64,000 bases of DNA from Lachnospiraceae bacterium (GTDB taxonomy: Bacteria > Bacillota > Clostridia > Lachnospirales > Lachnospiraceae): assembly GCA_017622875.1 (NCBI GenBank), contig JAGAQG010000030.1:211-64210 (forward strand). Direction: 5' to 3'. Position numbers and translations under genes: made by a program. Positions 54,057 through 63,860 of the stretch are shown one piece after another; positions within the stretch are counted from its first letter, which is position 1, and every line of letters starts with the position of its first letter. The notes under the pieces are model-generated. The model was not told the DNA's origin and ran no database searches. It saw only the letters and a list, made by a program, of their open reading frames with translations.

Positions 54057-55496
54057 ATGATTGGAATGTTTTGGGCAGAAAAATATGCCATGGTAACGGG
54101 ACTGACACTGGTGGTACGAAAGCTTTTTAAACCAAAGGGTACAAAGGATATGTGGGTAAGTGCATTGACGGCAGGGACGGCACTGATTTCCATGAATCTT
54201 GGGGCGGGACTTCTGTATCCTTATACAACAGAACAATATTTGTTTGGTGTGGCAGAAGGAATCTTTGCGGGCAGTACGATTCTGATGCTGTGGATGCTTG
54301 GAAAAAAGATGTTTGTAAAGAAGCCTGTGGCGGCAGAGGAGAATTTTTCTCCTGGAGAAGAACGAATCGAGCATTATACAAAAGCATTTACGGATCTTGC
54401 AAGAACCTTTTTAAGCGTGCCCTCGGGAGGTACCTATGCGGTGGTGGGCATGGATGATTACCAGAAAGTTCACGCCGCGTGGAATGCAAGAATGGACGAA
54501 CAGAGGGTGGCGGTGGCAACTCAGCTTACAGAAATATCCGAGATCATGGAAGGAGCCATACGAAGGGCATACGACACAAAGGAAGATACTTCTCTGGAGA
54601 GGCAGCTAAAAAGGCTTTTGCATAAAAAGGGCATTTTGCTGAAAAAGGCATTTGTATATGACAATGAAGAGCAGAGAAAGGAGGTTTATCTTACCATTCG
54701 CACACGAAAGAAGAGCTGTATTTCCAATAAGGAGGCGGCGGAATGTTTATCAGAGGTGCTGGGGATGGCTATGATGCCATCCCGTGAAGCCAGAGCTTTT
54801 GTAAGAAATGAATATATGAATACCTGCTTTGTGGAGCGCACCAATTTTGAGGTGATTTATGCAGTGGAGCGATGTGTGGGAGATTATCAGCAGATTTCCG
54901 GTGACAGCTTTTCCTTTTTGCATAAAGAAGAAGGACAGTTTTTGGCAAGCCTGTCAGATGGTATGGGTACCGGGTTAAATGCATATCAGGAAAGTGAAAA
55001 GGTGGTAGATTTGCTGGAACAGTTTTTAGAAGCTGGATTTTCCAAGGAGACGGCAGTGAAGATGATCAATTCAGCACTGGTGCTGCGTTCTGACGGTAAG
55101 ACCTTTTCCACCATTGATATCAGCTCCATTGACCTTTACAGTGGTGTCTGTGAATTTTTAAAGATTGGTGCAGCTACCTCTTTTATCCGAAGGGGGAACT
55201 GGGTAGAGACCATCACCTCTACCAGCCTGCCTGCAGGTATTTTTCAGCAGACTGATCTTGAAAAGACCTGCAGAAAGCTTTATGACGGGGATATGGTGGT
55301 GATGGTGACAGACGGGGTACTGGATGTACTGCCTGTGGAGCATCAGGAAAAGCTGATGAAAGACATTATTTTGGAGCATCCGACGAATAATCCCAAGGAA
55401 TTGGCGGATTATATACTAAGCAGAGTCAGACAATATAAGAACGGGCGGTTCTGTGATGACATGACGGTTTTAGTGGTGGGAATCTGGAAGCGATAG
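54057..55496 (+). CDS. spoIIE: Stage II sporulation protein E (PP2C phosphatase), short form with about 3 TM helices
   Basis: ISGDSFSF...LSDGMGTGLNA...MVTDGVLD...DDMTVLVVG PP2C motifs. AGGAGGG precedes the ATG. Synteny with tilS-hpt-ftsH. Confidence 0.8.
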   Translation: MIGMFWAEKYAMVTGLTLVVRKLFKPKGTKDMWVSALTAGTALISMNLGAGLLYPYTTEQYLFGVAEGIFAGSTILMLWMLGKKMFVKKPVAAEENFSPGEERIEHYTKAFTDLARTFLSVPSGGTYAVVGMDDYQKVHAAWNARMDEQRVAVATQLTEISEIMEGAIRRAYDTKEDTSLERQLKRLLHKKGILLKKAFVYDNEEQRKEVYLTIRTRKKSCISNKEAAECLSEVLGMAMMPSREARAFVRNEYMNTCFVERTNFEVIYAVERCVGDYQQISGDSFSFLHKEEGQFLASLSDGMGTGLNAYQESEKVVDLLEQFLEAGFSKETAVKMINSALVLRSDGKTFSTIDISSIDLYSGVCEFLKIGAATSFIRRGNWVETITSTSLPAGIFQQTDLEKTCRKLYDGDMVVMVTDGVLDVLPVEHQEKLMKDIILEHPTNNPKELADYILSRVRQYKNGRFCDDMTVLVVGIWKR

Positions 55497-55586
55497 CCTT
55501 GATTTTTTCGGGTAAGTTCATTATAGTTGAAGCAGTAAACCTTACAAATTGATCGTTTTGAAGGGTAACGAAAGAGAGGGTGGCAC

Positions 55587-56966
55587 ATGCTCCAAAAAAC
55601 ACAAAAATTTATGAAAGAGCATCAGATGGGAGAGCCGAAAGAGAAGCTGGTCATCGGATTGTCCGGCGGAATGGATTCCGTGTGTCTGTTTCATATCTTA
55701 AAGGATCTTGGATTTTCGCTGGAGGCGGTACATGTGCATCATGGAATTCGGGGAGAGGAAGCCGACAGAGATGAAGCGTTTGCAAGAGCGCTTTGTGAGA
55801 GGTACAACATTCCTTTTCATGGATACCGGTTTGATGTGCCAAAAATCAGCAGAGAATCTCATTTATCGGAAGAAGAAGCCGGAAGAATGGTAAGAAAACA
55901 GGCTTTTTTTGAGGTACAAAAGGCATGCGGTGCGAAATACATTGCCCTGGCGCATCATGCGAATGACCGGGCGGAAACGTTCTTGTTTCATCTGAGCCGG
56001 GGAACTGGAGTGAAAGGGCTTGGAGCCATGAAGCCGGTGCAGGGAGAGATCATCCGGCCGCTTTTGTGGGCAAAAAGAGAAGAAATCGAAAAATATGTAA
56101 ATGCAAATGCATATGATTTTGTAGAGGATGGAACCAATAAGTTAAATCAGTATACGCGCAATCGAATCCGCCATCAGGTACTGCCTATTCTGGAAGAGGT
56201 AAATTCAAGAAGTGTGGAACATATTTGTAATGCAGCGGAAAAATTAAGTGCGGTGGGTGCATACATTGACAGAGAAGCAGAAAAGTTATGCCGCTTAAGC
56301 GCAGTGATGTACGAAAAAGAGGTACAGATCTTTAAGTTTGTTTTTTGTCAGGGGGATGCGGTGCTTCGCATTCCAGTGCTGCAAAAATGTGTGGAATATT
56401 TATGCGGTTCTTTGGCGAATATTACAGAAGAGCATTTACAGGCGATTTTAGCACTGTTTGAGATGCAGACGGGGAAAGAGATTCATTTGCCTTATGGTCT
56501 TGTGGCTGTGCGTACCTATGAAGGAATCCGCATGTTCTTTAGAGAAGAAATAAGACGGACAGAACCTGTAGAGATTACAGGGGAAGGGTCTTATGAATTT
56601 GGCGGTCTGGCCTTTTTGGTAAGCGTAGAACCATGGGATGAGAGGAAAATCTTTCCGATAAAGAACTATACGAAATGCTTTGATTATGATAAAATAACAG
56701 AAAATGTTTTCTTAAGAACAAGGGAATCCGGGGATTATCTGGAAATCAATAAAGACCACGGAAGAAAGTCGCTGCAGGACTATCTGGTCAATGAGAAGGT
56801 ACCGAAGGAGGAAAGAGACAGGGTGATGCTGCTTTGCGATGGCAGCCATGTACTCTGGGTTGTAGGAAAACGAATCAGCGAATATTATAAAGTAACGAAA
56901 GATACGAAAAAAGTTTTAAAAGTACAGGTATGTGGAGGAAACGTACATGAAGAAATTTACGGTTGA
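55587..56966 (+). CDS. tilS: tRNA(Ile)-lysidine synthetase
   Basis: PP-loop LVIGLSGGMDS and ALAHHANDRAET. Confidence 0.9.
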   Translation: MLQKTQKFMKEHQMGEPKEKLVIGLSGGMDSVCLFHILKDLGFSLEAVHVHHGIRGEEADRDEAFARALCERYNIPFHGYRFDVPKISRESHLSEEEAGRMVRKQAFFEVQKACGAKYIALAHHANDRAETFLFHLSRGTGVKGLGAMKPVQGEIIRPLLWAKREEIEKYVNANAYDFVEDGTNKLNQYTRNRIRHQVLPILEEVNSRSVEHICNAAEKLSAVGAYIDREAEKLCRLSAVMYEKEVQIFKFVFCQGDAVLRIPVLQKCVEYLCGSLANITEEHLQAILALFEMQTGKEIHLPYGLVAVRTYEGIRMFFREEIRRTEPVEITGEGSYEFGGLAFLVSVEPWDERKIFPIKNYTKCFDYDKITENVFLRTRESGDYLEINKDHGRKSLQDYLVNEKVPKEERDRVMLLCDGSHVLWVVGKRISEYYKVTKDTKKVLKVQVCGGNVHEEIYG

Positions 56967-57477
56967 GGAATTAATTTCACAGGAAAAAGTGGAAGCGAGA
57001 ATTAAAGAGCTTGCGGCACAGATCAGTAAGGATTACGAAGGAAAGGCAGTACAGCTTGTATGTATTTTAAAGGGAAGCATTTTCTTTACAACAGAGCTTG
57101 CAAAATATATCACTGTGCCGGTAGTTATTGACTTTATGCAGTGCTCAAGCTATGGAGCAGACACAAAGTCAAGCGGTGTGGTAAAGCTTGCAAAGGATTT
57201 GGATGAACCGATTACAGGAAAACACGTGATCATTATTGAAGACATTATTGACTCTGGAAGAACTTTGAGTCATCTGGTAAAACTTCTTGGACAGAGACAG
57301 CCTGCAAGCTTAGAGCTTTGTACTTTATTAGATAAACCGGAAAGACGTGTAGTGGAAGTTCCGGTAAAATACACAGGATTTGAGATTCCGGACGAATTCG
57401 TGGTAGGATATGGCCTTGACTATGACCAGCAGATGCGTAACCTTCCATATATCGGAGTTGTAAAATTCGAGTCATAG
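56947..57477 (+). CDS. hpt: Hypoxanthine phosphoribosyltransferase
   Basis: VIIIEDIIDSGRTL PRPP motif. GGAGGAA precedes ATG 56947. It overlaps tilS by 20 nt. Confidence 0.9.
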   Translation: MKKFTVEELISQEKVEARIKELAAQISKDYEGKAVQLVCILKGSIFFTTELAKYITVPVVIDFMQCSSYGADTKSSGVVKLAKDLDEPITGKHVIIIEDIIDSGRTLSHLVKLLGQRQPASLELCTLLDKPERRVVEVPVKYTGFEIPDEFVVGYGLDYDQQMRNLPYIGVVKFES

Positions 57478-57489
57478 GAGGAGTTATTA

Positions 57490-59292
57490 TTGAAAAAACA
57501 ATATCAGGGAATTTTGGTGTACTTTGCCCTAATGCTCGGATTTATGTGGATTTTCGGCCAGTTTTCCGAAAAGCAGCAGGCGAGCACCGCTTATTCCTTT
57601 ACCCAGTTTGTGGAGGCAGTGGAAGCAGGGAATGTGACAAAAGCGCAGATCTCTCAGAATAAGGAAGTACCGACAGGGAAGGTTGCCTTTACATTAGAGA
57701 ACGGAGAACAGAAAACTACCAATCTGCCAGATGTAAATAAGGCAGAGGAAACCATGAGAGCTTACGGTATAGATGTAACCTTTGGAGACGTGGAGGAAGA
57801 AAATCTTCTGGTCACGATCGGGCTGCCATTTCTGCTTTCGCTGGTTGTGGTATTTGTACTGTTTACATTAATGAACCGTCAGGCCGGCGGTGGCGGTAAA
57901 ATGGCTGACTTTGGAAAGAGTAAGGCTCAGATGATGGGAAAGGGTCAGGTAGAGACTACTTTTGACAATGTAGCAGGACTTCAGGAAGAAAAAGAGGATC
58001 TACAGGAAATCGTGGATTTCTTGAAAAATCCATCCAAATATATGCAGGTAGGTGCAAGAATTCCAAAGGGTGTTCTTTTGGAGGGACCTCCTGGAACCGG
58101 TAAGACACTGATGGCAAAAGCGATTGCGGGAGAAGCGGGTGTACCATTCTTCAGTATTTCAGGTTCCGATTTTGTGGAAATGTTCGTCGGTGTAGGTGCT
58201 TCCCGTGTTCGTGACCTTTTTGGGGAAGCGAAAAAAAATGCACCATGTATTGTTTTTATTGATGAAATTGATGCAGTGGCGAGACGCCGTGGTACTGGGA
58301 TGGGCGGCGGTCATGATGAAAGAGAGCAGACGCTGAACCAATTGTTGGTAGAAATGGATGGTTTTGGTGTGAATTCCGGAATCATTGTTTTGGCAGCTAC
58401 AAACCGTGTGGATATTTTAGACCCGGCAATCTTAAGACCAGGACGATTTGACCGTAAGATCGGCGTTGGACGTCCGGATGTACGCGGACGTGAGGAAATC
58501 TTAAAGGTCCATGCGAAGAACAAACCGTTGGGCGACGATGTGGATTTAAAACAGATTGCCCAGACAACTGCAGGATTTACAGGGGCTGACCTTGAAAACC
58601 TGTTAAATGAGGCGGCGATTTTTGCGGCACAGGAAGAGAGAGCTTATCTGTTACAGAAGGATATTAAGAGGGCTTTTGTAAAGGTAGGCCTTGGTGCAGA
58701 AAAGAAGAGCCGCGTGGTATCTGAAAAAGAAAAGAAGATTACTGCTTACCATGAAGCAGGCCATGCGCTTTTATTTCATCTGCTGCCGGATGTGGGACCG
58801 GTATACAGTGTTTCTATTATCCCGACAGGTGTTGGAGCAGCAGGTTACACCATGCCGCTTCCAGAGAAGGATGAAATGTTTTTGACAAAAGGCAAGATGC
58901 TGCAGGAAATTATGGTAGATTTGGGCGGACGTATTGCGGAAGAGCTTGTGTTTGATGATATTACTACGGGGGCATCCCAGGATATCCGTCAGGCTACAGC
59001 GGTTGCCAGAAATATGGTAACAAAGTACGGTATGTCTGATACACTTGGTCTTGTGAATTACGACAGTGATCAGGATGAAGTCTTTATCGGAAGAGATCTG
59101 GCCCATACAAAGAGCCACAGCGAACAGATAGCAGGTACCATTGATGCCGAGATTAAACGAATTGTAGATGAATGCTACGCAAAAGCGAAGACGATCATTT
59201 TAGAACACAAGCATATCTTAGAGGCTTGTGCTGAGCTGTTATTAGAGAAAGAAAAAATTTCAAGAGAAGAATTTGAAGGCTTATTTGTATAG
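57490..59292 (+). CDS. ftsH: ATP-dependent zinc metalloprotease FtsH
   Basis: TTG start after AGGAGGAG. Walker [12 protein letters not shown], and HEAGHA zinc site. Confidence 0.95.
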   Translation: MKKQYQGILVYFALMLGFMWIFGQFSEKQQASTAYSFTQFVEAVEAGNVTKAQISQNKEVPTGKVAFTLENGEQKTTNLPDVNKAEETMRAYGIDVTFGDVEEENLLVTIGLPFLLSLVVVFVLFTLMNRQAGGGGKMADFGKSKAQMMGKGQVETTFDNVAGLQEEKEDLQEIVDFLKNPSKYMQVGARIPKGVLLEGPPGTGKTLMAKAIAGEAGVPFFSISGSDFVEMFVGVGASRVRDLFGEAKKNAPCIVFIDEIDAVARRRGTGMGGGHDEREQTLNQLLVEMDGFGVNSGIIVLAATNRVDILDPAILRPGRFDRKIGVGRPDVRGREEILKVHAKNKPLGDDVDLKQIAQTTAGFTGADLENLLNEAAIFAAQEERAYLLQKDIKRAFVKVGLGAEKKSRVVSEKEKKITAYHEAGHALLFHLLPDVGPVYSVSIIPTGVGAAGYTMPLPEKDEMFLTKGKMLQEIMVDLGGRIAEELVFDDITTGASQDIRQATAVARNMVTKYGMSDTLGLVNYDSDQDEVFIGRDLAHTKSHSEQIAGTIDAEIKRIVDECYAKAKTIILEHKHILEACAELLLEKEKISREEFEGLFV

Positions 59293-59388
59293 TTTGCATG
59301 ATTGGATTTGTGCAAAACTACCAAAAAGTCATTGTAAATTTTGGAAACTTTGTGAACACTTATTTGTATGGGTTTGCTACAATACAAA

Positions 59389-59417
59389 TTGTAAAAACCC
59401 CCAATACATTATATAGT
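59389..59417 (+). promoter_or_regulatory. Orphan SigA-like promoter in the ftsH-GH13 spacer
   Basis: TTGTAA-N17-TATAGT. Confidence 0.45.
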
Positions 59418-59423
59418 TTTTGC

Positions 59424-59491
59424 TATACCCCCCAAAATTATTTAATGAAATACCTTCTCCAAAAAGACAGCAGTTCGACCGCTGTCTTTTT
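59424..59491 (+). ncRNA. Candidate small RNA (about 70 nt) with C-rich / anti-SD motifs
   Basis: Bounded by the promoter above and the terminator AAAGACAGC-N9-GCTGTCTTT+TT (59463-59491). It contains ACCCCCCAAAA and CCTTCTCC. Purely predicted. Confidence 0.3.
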
Positions 59492-59512
59492 ACCTTTAAA
59501 AAACAATGAAAC

Positions 59513-59554
59513 AACTCACAAAGGAACCTATGGCGACTTTGTGGGTTGTTTTTT
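59513..59554 (+). terminator. Second terminator-like hairpin
   Basis: AACTCACAAAG-N13-CTTTGTGGGTT followed by GTTTTTTG. Confidence 0.55.
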
Positions 59555-59575
59555 GTTGTTTTATGGACAGTTATG

Positions 59576-59604
59576 TTGTCAAATTAGCCAAATTATTGTA
59601 AAAT
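59576..59604 (+). promoter_or_regulatory. SigA promoter of the GH13 gene
   Basis: TTGTCA-N17-TAAAAT, 25 nt before the ATG. Confidence 0.6.
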
Positions 59605-59628
59605 AGGTAATCGAGGTGAAATTGTGTT

Positions 59629-61665
59629 ATGACAAATGTCAGTTTAATCGGATTACATAGTGATGAGACAGCGTATTATCACTCGCCTCTGGAACCAAAG
59701 GCCGGAGACATCGTGACAATTAGATTTCGAACAGCAAAAGATGATGTAGACGAAGTTGTTCTCATTTGCAAAGAACAGAAAATTATTTTAGAAAAAGAGA
59801 CAAGTGCCGAGGTATTTGATTATTATAAAACTGAAATTGTAGCGGAGAATGAAACGATTCGCTATTATTTTGAGGTACGCAAAAACGAGGAAGTAATCAT
59901 TTATAATAGAAGAGGCGTATTTAACGATACAAGAGAACAGTATCAGTTTGCCATCGTGCCGGACTTTGAGACACCGGACTGGGCAAAGGGTGCGGTGATG
60001 TATCAGATTTATACAGACCGTTTCTGCAATGGCGACAAGAGCAATGATGTGCAGACAAATGAATATTTCTATATTAATGATACTGTAAAAAGAGTAGATG
60101 ACTGGACAGAGATTCCTGCAACACTGGATGTTGGACGTTTTTATGGCGGTGATCTTCAGGGCGTATGGGATAAGTTGGATTATCTGCAGGCTTTGGGGAT
60201 TGAAGTACTGTATTTCAATCCGTTGTTTGTATCTCCTTCCAACCATAAATATGACTGTCAGGATTATGAGCACATTGATCCGCATTTAACAGTCATTAAA
60301 AATGATGGGGGAGAGGTTCTTCCGGCAGGGTGTAAGGATAATATGCAGGCAAGCAAATACATTGCAAGAACTGCAAATCTGGAAAATCTGGAAGCAAGCA
60401 ATGAGTTTTTTGCAAGATTCTGTGAAGAATTACACCGCAGAGGTATGAAGATTATTATTGATGGTGTATTTAACCACAGTGGATCCTTCAACAAATGGAT
60501 GGACAGAGAACGCATTTATGAAGGACAAGAAGGGTTTGCGAAGGGGGCTTTTGTGGATAAGGAAAGCCCATATCATACATTCTATCAGTTTAACGAAGAT
60601 GCATGGCCATATAACAAAAGCTATGATGGATGGTGGTCCAATGATACACTTCCGAAGTTAAACTATGAATCTTCGCCGATGCTTGAAGATTATATTATTA
60701 AAATTGGTAAAAAATGGGTGTCCCCTCCATATAATGTGGATGGATGGCGTCTTGATGTGGCGGCAGATCTGGGACACAGCGCAGAATATAACCATCACTT
60801 CTGGAAGAGATTCCGTAAGGCAGTAAAAGAGGTCAATCCAAACGTGATGATTTATGCAGAGCATTACGGGGATGCCAGCAGCTGGATGCAGGGTGATCAG
60901 TGGGATACTGTTATGAATTATGATGCGTTCATGGAGCCTCTGACATGGTTTATGACGGGTATGGAAAAGCACAGCGATGCATATAAAGAAGAATATTACC
61001 GTAATGGAGAGTTTTTTAGAGACTGTATGAGTCATCATATGACAGCGATGCATATGCCATCGTTGATGACATCGATGAATCAGTTGAGCAACCATGATCA
61101 TTCCCGTTTCTTAACACGTACGAATCATGTGGCAGGACGTTTGGCGACAGCCGGCGCAGAAACTGCCGAAAAGGGCGTGAAAAAGAATATCATGGAGATT
61201 GCAGTTGCGTTTCAGATGACATGGATTGGTGCACCGACTTTATATTATGGAGATGAAGCGGGTGTTTGTGGATTTACAGATCCGGATAATCGAAGAACTT
61301 ACCCGTGGGGCAGAGAGGATTTTGAGCTCATTGAGTTCCATAGAGATATGATTGCGATTCACAGAAGAAATCCGGTGCTGAAATTTGGCTCTACGAAGAT
61401 TTTGCTTGCTGAGAAGGCATTGATTGCATTTGCGAGATTTGATGAGGAAGACCAGATGGTGACAGTCATCAATATGTCTGATGAAAACCATAAGGTCAGC
61501 CTTCCGGTGTGGTCAGCTAATGTGCCAAAGAATGCAGTGATGGAAAGACTGATGAAGGTAACAGAAAAGCGTTATAATGTGGGCCATGTGCAGTATGCAG
61601 TAAATGATGGTATGTTGGAGCTTAACATGGAGCCGATGTCGTGTAAGGTTTTAAAGAGAGTTTAG
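59629..61665 (+). CDS. GH13 alpha-amylase-family enzyme with N-terminal E-set/CBM34-like domain (neopullulanase / cyclomaltodextrinase-like)
   Basis: GAVMYQIYTDRFCNGD, DGVFNHSG, GWRLDVAADL, YAEHYGD, LSNHDHSRF conserved regions. Confidence 0.85.
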   Translation: MTNVSLIGLHSDETAYYHSPLEPKAGDIVTIRFRTAKDDVDEVVLICKEQKIILEKETSAEVFDYYKTEIVAENETIRYYFEVRKNEEVIIYNRRGVFNDTREQYQFAIVPDFETPDWAKGAVMYQIYTDRFCNGDKSNDVQTNEYFYINDTVKRVDDWTEIPATLDVGRFYGGDLQGVWDKLDYLQALGIEVLYFNPLFVSPSNHKYDCQDYEHIDPHLTVIKNDGGEVLPAGCKDNMQASKYIARTANLENLEASNEFFARFCEELHRRGMKIIIDGVFNHSGSFNKWMDRERIYEGQEGFAKGAFVDKESPYHTFYQFNEDAWPYNKSYDGWWSNDTLPKLNYESSPMLEDYIIKIGKKWVSPPYNVDGWRLDVAADLGHSAEYNHHFWKRFRKAVKEVNPNVMIYAEHYGDASSWMQGDQWDTVMNYDAFMEPLTWFMTGMEKHSDAYKEEYYRNGEFFRDCMSHHMTAMHMPSLMTSMNQLSNHDHSRFLTRTNHVAGRLATAGAETAEKGVKKNIMEIAVAFQMTWIGAPTLYYGDEAGVCGFTDPDNRRTYPWGREDFELIEFHRDMIAIHRRNPVLKFGSTKILLAEKALIAFARFDEEDQMVTVINMSDENHKVSLPVWSANVPKNAVMERLMKVTEKRYNVGHVQYAVNDGMLELNMEPMSCKVLKRV

Positions 61666-61719
61666 ACAGTTTGCTAGTGGATGACGAAATGGCAAACGAT
61701 AAGTTTTTAAAAAAAGTTA

Positions 61720-61748
61720 TTGCACATTTAAAAAAAGTGTGTTATAAA
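61720..61748 (+). promoter_or_regulatory. SigA promoter of the tRNA-Tyr/tRNA-Leu pair
   Basis: TTGCAC-N17-TATAAA with an upstream TG, 30 nt before tRNA-Tyr. Confidence 0.6.
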
Positions 61749-61777
61749 TATCTAGTCGGTTAAACGACGAAATAAAT

Positions 61778-61859
61778 GGATGGGTTCCCGAGTGGCCAAA
61801 GGGGGCAGACTGTAAATCTGTTAGCAACGCTTTCGGTGGTTCGAATCCACCTCCATCCA
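61778..61859 (+). tRNA. tRNA-Tyr(GTA): tRNA-Tyr, anticodon GTA, long variable arm, CCA not encoded
   Basis: Acceptor GGATGGG/TCCATCC, anticodon loop CTGTAAA, T-arm GGTGG-TTCGAAT-CCACC. Confidence 0.95.
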
Positions 61860-61864
61860 TTAAT

Positions 61865-61950
61865 GCCGGCGTGGCGGAACTGGCAGACGCACAGGACTTA
61901 AAATCCTGCGGGACTTACCTCCCGTACCGGTTCGATTCCGGTCGCCGGCA
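61865..61950 (+). tRNA. tRNA-Leu(TAA): tRNA-Leu, anticodon TAA, CCA not encoded
   Basis: Acceptor GCCGGCG/CGCCGGC, anticodon stem CAGGA/TCCTG, loop CTTAAAA, long variable arm, T-arm CCGGT-TCGATTC-CGG. Confidence 0.95.
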
Positions 61951-61965
61951 TTAAGTGATTATGAG

Positions 61966-62004
61966 AGAGAAATGTTGAAAAATCAACGTTTCTCTTCTTT
62001 TTTT
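61966..62004 (+). terminator. Rho-independent terminator after tRNA-Leu
   Basis: AGAGAAATGTTGA-AAAA-TCAACGTTTCTCT followed by TCTTTTTTT. Confidence 0.8.
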
Positions 62005-62089
62005 GTTTCCGAGAATTTTAACTCGTTTTATAAAACATCCCTTGGAGCATCCCTCCAAAAAATGAAATAAAAAAGTGCTTGAAAAGATG

Positions 62090-63367
62090 CTAACTTGCAG
62101 AAATATTAGGTAATATACCTATAATGGCATTTGCAGACTGGACTTTATTCTTGTAGTCAAGATGGGTATAGATGTTTAGGGTAGTTGAAATATTGCTATG
62201 TCCTAACCATTCTTGGATGGCTTTCATATCTACACCATTCTCATAAAGGAGAGTAGCACAGCTGTGTCTCAAATCATGAAAGCGAATGTGTTTCAATTTG
62301 TGTTTATCGCAAACATATCGAAAATGTTGAGATACATAACCTGGCTTAATTAGTTGTCCAGTGGCAGTAACAAAAATATAGTCATTAAATTCGTTGCAAT
62401 ATGATTTGCCACAAGCAATGCGATTATTTTCTTGCCTTTCAAGTAATTGATAAAGTAACTGCTCAAATTGTGGTACCAAAGGTAATGAGCGGGTACTTGC
62501 CTTCGTTTTTGTGCGGTTCTTTTTTATTAATTTGTATTTTCCATCAACTGTGGCTTGAGTAACTACGTGCCTGATGGTAATCGTCTTCCTTTCGAAGTCA
62601 ATGCTGCTCCATTTTAATCCAATAACCTCGCTTCTTCTTAATCCATAAAAACTTGCAAAATATATTGCAGCTTCCAATGGATCACCTTTGAAAATCTGGA
62701 ATAAACTGCTCAGTTCATTTTGGTTGTAAACAGATGACTGAAAGGTGTCTAATTTGGGCTTTGTAAGTCTATCGGCTGGATTGCTTTTTATAAGTCCAAT
62801 CTTAAAAGCGTCTTGAAGCGCTTTCCTGATATTTGCATGTCGGTGATTAACTGTATTAGCTGAAATACCATAAGTTTCTGCTTCATAGTCGTAATAGGAT
62901 TGAATTAAAAAAGGCTGTTCTTCTATTTCTGCAAGAGAATACCCTTTATCGGAGAAGAATGGATAAATTCTGTTTTCTATCGCATATTGATAGCCGGAAT
63001 AAGTGTCTTCTCCAAGATTTTTTCGTGAAGATTGTAACCAATAGAGCATATAGTCGCAAAATCGGATTTGCTCTTTGGGAAGTAATAAAAGTGATGAATC
63101 AACACTTGGTAATATTTTAACGTTTTGGTTAGGTAGGCGAACCGAAGATGATTTGTTGTAACTTGCCTCCCTTCTGTATAGCGACTCCATATTGGGAATC
63201 TGAAAATCTTTTCTCGCTGTTTGTAACATACGTTCAGCTTTTCGGGCGTTTCCTTTTACAGTAAGACCTGTGGAAATAGATTTCGTTTTTCTTTTTCCAT
63301 CACAGTCTTTGTAACTTAAAATCATTTGATAAATACCGTTTTGCACACGCAGATGACCTGCAACCAT
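62090..63367 (-). CDS. Tyrosine-type site-specific integrase
   Basis: SAM-like N-terminal domain. C-terminal ...RRSEVIGLKW..., HDLRHSCATLL and LGHSNISTTLNIYTH (R-H-R-Y signature). RBS AAGGAGG. Confidence 0.9.
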   Translation of the reverse strand: MVAGHLRVQNGIYQMILSYKDCDGKRKTKSISTGLTVKGNARKAERMLQTARKDFQIPNMESLYRREASYNKSSSVRLPNQNVKILPSVDSSLLLLPKEQIRFCDYMLYWLQSSRKNLGEDTYSGYQYAIENRIYPFFSDKGYSLAEIEEQPFLIQSYYDYEAETYGISANTVNHRHANIRKALQDAFKIGLIKSNPADRLTKPKLDTFQSSVYNQNELSSLFQIFKGDPLEAAIYFASFYGLRRSEVIGLKWSSIDFERKTITIRHVVTQATVDGKYKLIKKNRTKTKASTRSLPLVPQFEQLLYQLLERQENNRIACGKSYCNEFNDYIFVTATGQLIKPGYVSQHFRYVCDKHKLKHIRFHDLRHSCATLLYENGVDMKAIQEWLGHSNISTTLNIYTHLDYKNKVQSANAIIGILPNISAS

Positions 63368-63447
63368 AAATATCCTCCTTATCTGGTGAGCCTACATCTG
63401 CCATGACAAAGCGGGATTTTACCATAAATCTGAAAAAATGCAAATTT

Positions 63448-63642
63448 TTAATATGGTATTCCTAAATAGTCCAATACAAATATTTTTGGTATTTTATAGG
63501 TTCGTCCGATTGTTATGGATTTGATTTCTTGACTTTTGACGAGCTTATAAGCGGTTTTTGTACTTATGCCGAGCATAGTCGAAAGTTGATCGATAGAAAC
63601 TACGTCTGGATAATCGGCAAAAATCTTATTTGCATTCTTCAT
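63448..63642 (-). CDS. Excisionase-family / MerR-like HTH DNA-binding protein
   Basis: 64 aa. VSIDQLSTMLGISTKTAYKLVKSQEIKSITIGRTYKIPK is a typical excisionase-family HTH. Confidence 0.75.
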   Translation of the reverse strand: MKNANKIFADYPDVVSIDQLSTMLGISTKTAYKLVKSQEIKSITIGRTYKIPKIFVLDYLGIPY

Positions 63643-63759
63643 GATAAAATCCTTTGCTTAGTCACTTGGCTGACAAGTGCTTTTTTATGAGAAGGACTCA
63701 AATGGAAGTCAAAAATTTATAAATTATCTATTAAATTTTAATAGTGTTTCTTCTATATA

Positions 63760-63796
63760 AAAACAGTTGCTATCGCTGAATGATAGCAACTGTTTT
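63760..63796. terminator. Perfect 15-bp inverted repeat (bidirectional terminator-like)
   Basis: AAAACAGTTGCTATC-N7-GATAGCAACTGTTTT. Confidence 0.65.
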
Positions 63797-63838
63797 CAAT
63801 AAATATTGTGGACTCCATTTGTGCCTGTCGTTTTGCTC

Positions 63839-63860
63839 CGCAGAGTAAGTCGCAGAGTAA
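63839..63860. repeat. Tandem direct repeat CGCAGAGTAA x2 (2-bp spacer)
   Basis: CGCAGAGTAAGTCGCAGAGTAA, upstream of the xis/int module. Confidence 0.5.

Noticed and set aside
59298-59606. 102-aa + strand ORF between ftsH and the GH13 gene
   Set aside because: It crosses two terminator hairpins and two promoters, and it has no SD and an odd composition.
20756-61491. Numerous 60-165-aa antisense or out-of-frame ORFs inside large genes (e.g. 21234-21572, 44348-44731, 59788-60285, 60658-61101)
   Set aside because: They lie wholly inside well-supported genes, lack SD sequences and have skewed composition typical of shadow ORFs.
31514-61950. Three of the four tRNA genes (Lys, Tyr, Leu) lack an encoded CCA while tRNA-Arg has one
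   Set aside because: This is normal for Clostridia, and a CCA-adding enzyme gene is present at 49238-50581.
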